20,891 nt of DNA from Octopus sinensis. Its lineage: Eukaryota. The notes beneath the pieces are model-generated. The model did no database searches, was not told where the DNA came from, and worked only from the letters and a program-made list of their open reading frames with translations. Shown one piece after another: positions 9,989-20,891 of this stretch (position 1 is its first letter; each line of letters begins with the position of its first letter). A program made the translations under genes and the position numbers. The stretch covers positions 1-20,891 of the forward strand of contig NW_021823861.1 of assembly GCF_006345805.1 (NCBI RefSeq). The letters run 5' to 3'.

Positions 9989-10212
9989 TGGCAGAGTCTT
10001 TAGTATGCTGGATGAAATGCTTAGCAGTATTTTGCCTGTCACTACGTTCTGAGTTAAAATTCCACTGAGGCTGACTTTGCCGTTCATCCTTTTGGGGTCG
10101 ATAAAATAAGTACCAGTTGAACACTGGGGTCAATGTAATCAACTCATCCCCACTTCCCCCAAGCTGCCCTTGTGGCAAAAAAAAAATTGATATTATTATT
10201 ATTATTATTATT
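9989..10212 (+). mobile_element. tRNA-derived SINE, third family, with (ATT)n tail
   Basis: TGGCAGAGT head, B-box-like GAGTTAAAATTCC, core CTTTGCCGTTCATCCTTTTGGGGTCGATAAAATAAGTACCAG...CTGGGGTCAATGTAATC shared with copies at 12478 and 12892. Confidence 0.75.
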
Positions 10213-10270
10213 TCTTTACTTTTTCCTAATTGTTAATATGTTTCAATATTTTGTCTTTTTCTTCTTTCAG

Positions 10271-10277
10271 AGATTAA
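10271..10277 (+). CDS. Candidate coding part of the terminal exon C (completes Gly, then Asp-stop), followed by a putative long 3' UTR
   Basis: Strong acceptor TTTTGTCTTTTTCTTCTTTCAG| (AG 10269-10270) with branch-like CCTAAT near 10225. A|GAT|TAA closes the frame from exon B. A-rich UTR-like sequence follows with no convincing donor. Confidence 0.5.
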
Positions 10278-10780
10278 TTCATTCAAACAAAAAAAAAAAG
10301 AAACTGGAGAAAAATATGTAAAAAAAAGTTGAAGCAAAAAAACAAACACACTTTTATTTGAACATTACCAATGTTATTATTATTATTTTATTTTTACACG
10401 TTTGTCAAAAAAAAAAAAGACAGAAAGAAGCAGGAAAAAACTTCAGAGAAATCATGACATTAGAAAATTTTAAAATTTGTGTGTGTGTGCGCACGCGCGT
10501 GTGTGTGCACGTGCGTGTGTGTGTGTGTGTGTGCGCGCGCATGAGACTAGGTAACTATGTCCATATAGTTTCATTCAATTATTTGAGTTAATATAAAAGA
10601 AGCAAATAGAATACTTCAGTGTTCACCTATAATATACATCCAGTGAGAATCCACATGAAACTATGGTATGGACTTAATACAAGTTACCTACACACACGCA
10701 GAGACACCCTTCCATATACAAAGGCTCTTTACCACAGGGCATATATTATACACTTCAATGCTTACACGTGTAAACTACTC

Positions 10781-10859
10781 CATATATATGCATATATATA
10801 TGTATTTATATATTTATATGTATATACATATGTATGTGTATGTGTGTATATATATGAAT

Positions 10860-10908
<49 letters not shown>
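10781..10908. repeat. TA/TG microsatellite
   Basis: Compound tatg/ta run ending in pure (TA)n. Confidence 0.9.
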
Positions 10909-10909
<1 letters not shown>

Positions 10910-11270
10910 CAGCCTAACAGTCCGGTGTAAATGGTCTGAAATCTGAAGAAGCTGTGAAATTTTTAATTATTTTTAACACATGCAAATTGGTTGTGCAAGG
11001 GAGAGAAGGGAAGGTGGGTGCTACATTATCAATGTGAAGAAGAAGGGGTTAGAAGAAGTTTAGATGTGACCCCTACTTGGTTAACTGCAGTCTTGGATTA
11101 GTATGAAGGCCTTCAAAATATGTCTGTCAATGTTATACTCACTCTCTCAGTCTCTCTCACTCATGTATGCATGTGAATATATATATGTGTGTGTGTGTTT
11201 GTATATATCTATGTTTTTGGTTTTATTCAAAAATTGCATTCTCTCACATAAACTCGATTATGTCCTGCAT

Positions 11271-11280
11271 AATAAATAAA
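11271..11280 (+). promoter_or_regulatory. Candidate polyadenylation signal (overlapping AATAAA x2)
   Basis: AATAAATAAA followed by GT-rich sequence about 1 kb after the putative stop codon. Other AATAAA hexamers occur (e.g. 12060) and the motif is common in AT-rich DNA. Confidence 0.25.
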
Positions 11281-11338
11281 GTGTGCAATTGTTGTGAGGG
11301 GAGATGAATGAGAGGACAAATGCTGATTTGTATGATTC

Positions 11339-11387
<49 letters not shown>

Positions 11388-11574
11388 CTTACATATATAT
11401 ATATCTGAAACAGCTCAATAATGTATAACATTATCAGTAAGCCATACTTAATGTGTGTCAGTTGTTAAATGCTTATACCTGCTGTATTTCGTCTAAGTGT
11501 GTCCTTTTGAAGTTGCATAGCTATGCCTACCATTGATGTAGACTGTGTTTTTTAACACTATGTCTTTAAATGCT

Positions 11575-12130
11575 GCATATACATATATTAAGTATGTGAT
11601 AATGATAATACACAGATACATGTACACACACACACATGTATATGATAGATGTATGTATAGATATATATGTATGTATGATGGATGTATATATATATATGTA
11701 TGTATATATGTATATATACATGTATATATGTATATATGTATGTATAGATGTATGTATATATATATATATATATATATAACTAAAATGATATTTTTATATA
11801 TGTATGTATAGATGTATATGTATAAATATGTATGCATGAATAGATGTGTGTATGTGTAGAGGTGTGTGTATATATATATTTGTGTATGTGTGTGTATATA
11901 TATGTATATACATATATATAGCATATGCATATATGTGTTTCTATGTATATATAAAATATATAGCAGTGTCTTGCGTGAGCATATGCATTTTTGCTGATAT
12001 GTATATGTATGTATGTATGCATATAAGTATATATGTATGGGTATGTATATAACATGTGCAATAAAAATCATATATATCTATATATAACCTACATGTATAT
12101 ATACTTTTTATAATTGTGTGTATGTATAAA
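11575..12130. repeat. Degenerate TA/TG/TATG low-complexity tract
   Basis: Alternating purine-pyrimidine simple repeats throughout. Confidence 0.85.
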
Positions 12131-12446
12131 TAAATGAATGCATGAAAGAGCGACAAAGATGATCACATGACTTTTTCCTGGTTCCATTAAATCTTTTAAT
12201 CTGTTAATTGTGGATTTTATTATTATTGTTATTATTATTATTTTATGTTTGTCTTTTGCTTTACATTTGTACAAGTTGGCTCCAAGTCTCACCCAGAGAC
12301 CTCAAGAGACAACAAGTTGGAAGTTCATGTTGGTGTTATGCCTAGGGTGCCATATATTTGGTTTTGTACATAGTGTTGTTCTAGAGAATGTTTAAAAAAC
12401 GATAAGAAAATTGTTTGTTTTAAATATTGAGATTACATAGAAATTA

Positions 12447-12477
<31 letters not shown>

Positions 12478-12478
<1 letters not shown>

Positions 12479-12710
12479 GGCAATCTGTCAGAATTGTTAC
12501 CTCACCAAGCAAAATGCTTCCTGGCATTTCGTCCAAGTTCAAATGCTGGTGGTGGCCACCTTTGCCTTTCACCCTTCCATCCAGGGTCACTGAAATAAGT
12601 ACCAGTTATGTACTGGGGTCGATGTAATCGACTAACCCTCTCCCTTAATGTTAGGCCCTGTGTCTATAACAAAAGATTATTATCGTTATCCTTATTATTA
12701 TTATTATTAT
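12478..12710 (+). mobile_element. SINE, same family as 9989-10212
   Basis: Shared core CTTTGCCTTTCACCCTT...GGGTC..AAATAAGTACCAG...CTGGGGTCGATGTAATCGACT; (ATT)n on both sides. Confidence 0.7.
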
Positions 12711-12891
12711 TTGATGAAAGCTCAGAGTTTATTTCACTGAGTCTGATCAAAGGTGTCACCTGTCCACTGCCAGCAGACAAAGGTGACACTTGTTTACTGG
12801 TCATGCTTCAAGAACCCTGCCAAGAATTCTTGCAGTTCCAAGCAATGCTGATTTTTGTAGGTGTTTATCTTTATAGTTGTTGTTGTTGTTG

Positions 12892-13125
12892 TGGTGAGCT
12901 GATTGAGTTATTAGCATTGCTGGCAAATTGATTTGCAGCATTTCTTCAGGTTCTTTTATATTCTGACTTTAGATATTCTGTCGAGGTAAACTTTGCCTTT
13001 CATCTTTTCAGGGTCAATAAAATAACTATCACTGGGGTCAATGTAATTGATTTACCCTTCCTAAAATTGCTGGCCTTGTGCCAACATTTGAAACCATTAT
13101 TGTCGTTATCTTCGTCATCATCATC
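12892..13125 (+). mobile_element. SINE, same family as 9989-10212 (a further fragment follows at about 13145-13275)
   Basis: Core CTTTGCCTTTCATCTTTTCAGGGTCAATAAAATAA...CTGGGGTCAATGTAATTGA...GGCCTTGTGCCAA; preceded by (GTT)n and followed by an ATT/ATC tail. Confidence 0.65.
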
Positions 13126-14283
13126 ATAGTCGCATCATTCATTAGGCAGAGGATTGACTGAATCAGCACATTAGGTCAATGAAATGAAATAGTAGTTAAG
13201 TTCTGGGCTCGATAAAACTGACTAACCTCTCCTTCCCTAAACTTTAGTAAAAAAAAAAAAAAGTTGGAACCATTGGTTTCCTGTTGGTGATGAACGTATT
13301 TCACCAATTGTTCAGTCAAAATTATTGATTGATACTGTGCCCAAATTCCTTGCGAGATTATGGGGCAAGTTCACGGATGAATCGAGATGCTGAGGTCACC
13401 TGTTCAGTTTAGGGTAAAGGTAATTAAACGAGATTTCAATGATTTTTTTTTTTTTCAGTCCAATGGAGATAACCTTTCTGGTCTGAAGTTAAGTGTTACC
13501 TCTCATTTTTCAGATACAGTCCAATAAGCTAAAATGAAATAATCACCGTTTGTGTGTATTTCGTAAATGACTAGTGAAGCATGAATTATACGTGTCTGAA
13601 TATTAATATAATCACAAATGTATATCCAAGGCCGGCCCTAGGGTTGCTAGCACCCCAGGCAAGCTGAACTTCGGCGTGTACAAGCTGACGGTCGTGGAAA
13701 TTTCTTTATATTGGCCACACTCTCCATGGCGTTAGTGTGTGTGAATGTGTGTTTCCTCACCCACCAAATGTGGGTGAGGACATACACACACATATAGCGA
13801 CGAGTAATCGCATAAGCAATTTCTTTGCACAGAGAGTAAAACTATTAAAACCGTTACTTCAAAGTGATTATCATTAAAAAAAAACTTAAAACACAAAACA
13901 AAACCCACTGGCATCTAACAGCCACTGCATCTTGTTCAAGCCAGTGTCTTGCTAGAACTTTATAAATTGCGTAGCAAAATAAGTCCTTTCTTTAAACAGG
14001 CCACTCCACAACGTTTTCTACTTAAATTACTCATTTGGTGGCATCATCACAAAATCATTCAAAATAATGGAAAACGAAGAGAAGATAACTAATTATGGAA
14101 TCATTGAGTTATGTCCCTTGTTAGCATCATTTATGTGACCTTAGAAAAGAGAAAAAGCATCGACCGTACTGTCTTACATTGGTTTAACTGAAAGCTCGTT
14201 TAAGGATTGATTATATACCAGCACATCTGCGCTATAGAACATCGGAGAAAAAATTTACATCTCATCTTTGGTTTCAACATCTA

Positions 14284-15550
14284 CGAGGGACGTTCAATAA
14301 GTAATGCCTCTGACCCACTTGCAGTTGTTTGATCAAGCATGTGCAATTATTTATATCTCTATAGATTGAGTGGCAAATTACAGCTCTGAGCTAATTGTGG
14401 TTTCTGATTTACAGGTGTTTGAACTGAGTCAAGTGTGAAATGGAGCCTGTTGAGTGTCGAGCAGTGATCCGGTTTTTGTATTTGAAAGGACGCACACCAC
14501 AGGAGACTTTTGATGAAATGAAAGTAACTTATGGTGATGATGCCCCATCGTATGACCTTGTAAAACGCTGGCATCGTGAATTCAAACATGGTCGGAACTC
14601 TGTGGAAACAGCTCCCAGATCTGGTCACCCCCTTCTGCCATTGATGAGGCATCTGTCCGTCAAGTTGAGGCTGCCATTTTGGAAGATCGATGCATAACTA
14701 TTCGCCAAATAGCCCATGAGGTCAAGATTAGTACCGGGTCTGTGGAAACTATCATTCATGACCATTTGCATATGCAAAAGGTGTCTGCCAGATGGATTCC
14801 CAGGTTGCTCACACCTTTCCAGAAGCAAGAATGCGTTGAGTGCTCGAGGATGAATTTGGAGATGTGCCAAGAAGATGAGTCAAAATTTTTCAAAAGACTG
14901 ATTACACAGGATGAAACCTGGGTCCATCACTATGATTCAGAGACCAAAGTCGAGTCAATGCAGTGGAAGCACCGTGACTCACCTCCTCCAAAGAAGGCAA
15001 AGGTGCAGCCCTCCGCTGGCAAGGTCATGCTCAGTCTTCTGGGACCAGGACGGAGTAGTGATGACAGATTTCCTGGCAAAGGGTACCACAATTACAGGAG
15101 CCTATTATGCTTCACTTTTGAGGAAATTATGAGAAGCTATCAAAATCAAGAGGTGGGCAAGATCAGCAAAGGCATCCTCCTCCTGCAGGACAACGCTCCG
15201 GTTCACAACTCGCGTGTCGCCAGATCAGAAGCACAGGCGTGCTGCTATGAACTCCTCCTACGCTCCTGACCTTGCACCCTCTGATTTTCACCTCTTCCCA
15301 GCCATGAAGTTTTTTTTGAAGGGAAAGCATTTCACAGATGATGTAGTCTTGATTTCTAAAGTCACGTCGTGGTTGGAGGACCAAGCTGGGTTCTTCTACA
15401 AAAACGGTCTCCAGCGCTGCATCAAACGATGGCAGAAATGCGTAACTCTGGGTGGTTCCTATGTAGAAAAAGACTAATAACTGTGCCAAGTTTCGTTGGT
15501 CTACTGCTATGGGAAGTGGGTCAGGGGCATTACTTATTGAAGGCCCCTCG
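14284..15550 (+). mobile_element. Full-length mariner (Tc1/mariner DD34D) transposon, probably irritans subfamily
   Basis: 37-bp TIRs: CGAGGGACGTTCAATAAGTAATGCCTCTGACCCACTT (14284-14320) versus the reverse complement of 15514-15550, 3 mismatches. TA duplications at 14282-14283 and 15551-15552. Length 1267 bp. Confidence 0.97.
14440..15477 (+). pseudogene. Mariner transposase pseudogene
   Basis: HTH region RAVIRFL...VKRWHREFKHG...PRSG, SARWIPRLL, TQDETWVH (D 14910), LLQDNA (D 15189), PDLAPSDFHLF (D 15283), C-terminal RWQKCVTLGGSYVEK. Several frameshifts and a premature stop. Only 91 nt separate the second and third Asp codons versus 102 expected for D34D. Confidence 0.95.
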
Positions 15551-16535
15551 TACGACCAGTACCACTGATGATCACTGTGTCGAAATTTCGTCGAAGTGTG
15601 TGTGCTTAATAACGATCTGACTTAGTTCCACATTACTTTCTAAGTTTCGTGGACTTAGAAAACAAACACGTCATCAAATGTACGGAGGCAGATGAAAAGA
15701 AATTAATGGTTTCTAACCTTCCATTGGTCAGTTCAGGTCACGTGGTTGTTTTTTTAATGCTAGCGACATAAGGTCTTTTATTAGAAGATCCGCAAAGGTG
15801 AAACAGACAGGTTGGCGGTACATAGTTGGCATCGTACAGAGTTTGATGTTTCAGCGACATTAGCATTTTAATTGCACATCAGATGCCAGACCCTACAGAA
15901 TAACGACCAAATGTCCGTATCATCTCCACCATATCACTTGTAGCATCCAATGTAAAAAGCTAATACAATTCTATATATGTACGCACGCACGCACACACAC
16001 ACACACGTGCACACGCACGTACACACACACGCCTGCACGCACGCTACATACAGATTAACTGTACATAAGGCATATGCATCGTGCATTTTCCAGTAGGCTG
16101 CGAATTGGCATGGTGGAGAATACTCTCTCGAAGCACCGAGTATTAAAAGATTGAAAGTCATGATGGTCAAGCGAAAAAATTCACTCTCAATCCCATCTAC
16201 TCATCGATGTTTCATAATTTTTGTGGCTTGTCAACATCATGTATCCGGTCAGGATCGGAGATGAATCATTTCACCATTCCACAACTTATATGCATATAGC
16301 GAACAGATGCATCCTCCCGATATTTTAATAACAACAAGGTCCGATAAACGCACGATGCAATACCATGACTGATACAAGCCTGCCTCTTCAATGCTTAAAA
16401 CCGCATATTTTACCAAACATATTTCTTTTAGAATTTTCGCATAAAATTGAGTTGCAAATGCAGATGGCACAAAAACGCATGTAACTTTTTATTAAAGACG
16501 TGTTAAAGAATTTTGTCTTTTCATTGGTGTGTGTG

Positions 16536-19072
<2,537 letters not shown>

Positions 19073-20273
19073 CTCTTTTACTCTTTTACTTGTTTCAGCC
19101 ATCCGGCTGAGGCCATGCTGGGGCACCGCCCTTGTTGCTACCCTCTCTAAGTCCAGTTTGCCGTGGCTGGCCACTGATCTAAGAGAGAGTTTGTAGCTGC
19201 TGCCCTTAGGTTACCTTCGTACCTTGCAGTGGGTTCATCTGGGATCCCGGAAAGCAGCTTGTCTAGATGTTTTTTTGAAAATGTCCACATCCGCATCATG
19301 TTGATCTCTCAGTTTTCTTGGCAGTTTGTTGAACAGCTGAGGGCCCCTGAACCCCAGGCTATCACAGTATCTGCTCCTTACCCTGGATGTGGAAGACGGG
19401 ACCTTTGGCACCACACAGTGACGTCCTGTACGGGGATTGGAACAGCTCTCAATTCCAAAATTTGGTGCTAGTCCTCCAGATTTTCCATATGTATATCACT
19501 GCATATCTCTCTCGTCTTCGTTCCAAGGAGTACAAATTGAGTTCCCTAAGCCTCTCCCAATAGTTCTTTTCTTCATGGTGGAAATCCTCTTGTGAAATGT
19601 CTTTGGATTGTCTCAAGCTCTGTGGTTAGTTTGACACTATGCGGTGACCACAGTTGGGAGCAGTAGTCCAGGCGGCTTAGGACAAATGTCCTCCATAGTG
19701 TCAACATGGTCTCGCAGTCTCTTGTCCGGAATGTCCTCAGGATCCAGCCAGTGAGTCGTCTGCACATTGTCGCCACCTTCGCGATGTGTGAAGAAAAAGA
19801 TGCATCGTCACTCATGTCTATCCCCAGGTCCCGTATTGATTTCGATACTGGGATTTCGATCCCTCCTGGACCAGTATATTTTTGTATGTATATGTGTTTA
19901 CAGCTTGATATTGTAAGGCTTGAAATTACCAGCATTAAATTGCATGTTGTTGTCTTCAGCCCATTTGAATATGGCATCCAGATCTTGTTGTAAAAGGTCG
20001 CATCAGCTGGGTTTTTTGATTGCCTGTGCTACCTTTGTGTCATCAGCATAGCTAGTGAGGGATGTTGTTTGTGCTACCAAGGCATGTCAGAGAGCGCCAC
20101 CAAAAACAGCAAGGTCCCAAGACTGTGCCCTATGGCACCCCGCTTGCTATTGGTGTCTTTCCCGAGAGGGCTCCATTGGCTGCAACCATCTGGCTTCTGT
20201 CCTTCAGGAAGTCATGTATCCACTCACCTACTTTTCCTGTTATGCCGAGTCTGAGTAATTTGTGACATATCAC
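19073..20273 (-). mobile_element. 5'-truncated CR1-group LINE, copy 2, near-identical reverse complement of about 508-1720
   Basis: 20273 aligns to 508 (GTGATATGTCACAAATTACTC). YADD at 20039-20050. ORF with SIRDLGIDMS...GWILRTFRTRD...LDYCSQLWSP. Same 3' UTR and GTAAAAGA tail ending near 19073. Confidence 0.96.
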
Positions 20274-20629
20274 ATATATGTATATATTTGTATTTTATAT
20301 ATATATATATATATGTATATATTTGTATTTTATATATATATATATGTATAATTTGTATTTTATATATATATATATTATCTATTTGTATTTTATATATATA
20401 TATATATATATATATTTGTATTTTATATATATATATATATGTATATATTTGTATTTTTATATATATATATTTTTATTATTAATATATATATATTTGTATT
20501 TTATATATATATATATATATGTATTTTATATATATATATATATATTACATATTGTATTTTATATATATATATATAATATAATATATATATATATATAATT
20601 TGTATTTATTTATATATATATATATATAT

Positions 20630-20783
20630 GGTAGGTCCCGGGTTGAGTCGGGGTTAACCACAGTAATAAGGTACTCAATACATAGCAGAGTAAGTTAATT
20701 TATTGTATAGAAGAAGCTTCTACAGGACTTCCTGATGATTTCTTTTGAATGAAACAGTCCTAGTCCTGGAAGCTCCTTCTATA
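20630..20783. mobile_element. Short insertion with internal inversion, probably a Penelope-like pseudo-LTR or retrozyme remnant
   Basis: 154-bp complex island in TA satellite with inverted arms at 20706-20729 and 20762-20783 enclosing a hammerhead core. Confidence 0.55.
20728..20772 (+). ncRNA. Type I hammerhead ribozyme motif, probably inactive in this copy
   Basis: Stem I CTTC (20728-31) / GAAG (20769-72); CTGATGA (20732-38); stem II TTC-TTTT-GAA with a U.U at the core-proximal pair; GAAA (20751-54); stem III CAG-TCCTAGTC-CTG. The UH cleavage dinucleotide is missing between 20768 and 20769. Confidence 0.6.
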
Positions 20784-20840
20784 TATATATATATTTGTAT
20801 TTTATATATATTTGTTTTTATATATATATATATTATTTTG

Positions 20841-20880
<40 letters not shown>

Positions 20881-20891
20881 ATTTTATATAT

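Larger units (their letters stand above)
13628..16500 (-). mobile_element. Possible ancient hAT-type transposon relic hosting the mariner insertion
   Basis: CAAGGCCGGCCCTAGG...GCACCCCAGGCAA at 13628 resembles hAT CAGGGCCGG-type termini. Minus-strand peptides FCAIC...FGKICGFKH* (about 16475-16390; TTF-finger-like) and LFTLDATSD...RY (about 15960-15900; first catalytic Asp-like) lie in the expected order. The region is richer in CpG than its surroundings. No second TIR was found. Confidence 0.25.
20274..20891. repeat. Continuation of the TTTGTATTTTA(TA)n satellite, interrupted at 20630-20783
   Basis: Same unit as 18000-19072, so LINE copy 2 sits inside one satellite array. Confidence 0.95.

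Noticed and set aside
10478-10540. GT/GC alternating tract roughly complementary to 15980-16043
   Set aside because: Low-complexity similarity only. Z-DNA potential is generic for such repeats.
14440-15477. SETMAR or other domesticated transposase gene
   Set aside because: No SET domain, multiple disablements and intact TIR/TSD indicate an ordinary transposon copy.
15564-15592. CTGATGA...GAAA...GTC hammerhead-like string beside the mariner
   Set aside because: Stem II is weak and stem I cannot pair (ACCA versus GAAG).

Overview
AT-rich animal genomic DNA dominated by (TA)n-derived satellites and transposable elements. The SINE and microsatellite style looks cephalopod (Octopus-like); this is an inference from memory, not a search result. 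No intact long ORF is present, and the IY/YI-rich ORFs in the track are microsatellite artefacts. Contents: (1) two near-identical, 5'-truncated CR1-group LINE copies in inverted, convergent orientation (22-1728 +, 19073-20273 -) plus a related subfamily (2331-3022), all inserted in TA satellites; (2) tRNA-derived SINEs, one family sharing the LINE 3' stem-loop; (3) a decayed RTE LINE (minus strand) with a PHD-like C4HC3 finger inside its RT domain; (4) a full-length, frameshifted mariner with TIRs and TA TSD; (5) a piggyBac-like MITE, a possible restriction-like-endonuclease (HERO-like) LINE 3' remnant and a possible old hAT relic; (6) a 5 x 39-bp minisatellite; (7) a Penelope-type hammerhead-ribozyme remnant near the right end; (8) three small candidate exons (3663-3710, 5893-5959, 10271-10277) that splice in frame into the C-terminus of an unidentified host protein. 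I see no clearly new biological system. The best leads are the hidden spliced gene end, the LINE/SINE covarying 3' hairpin with TA targeting, the finger-in-RT RTE and the hammerhead remnant.
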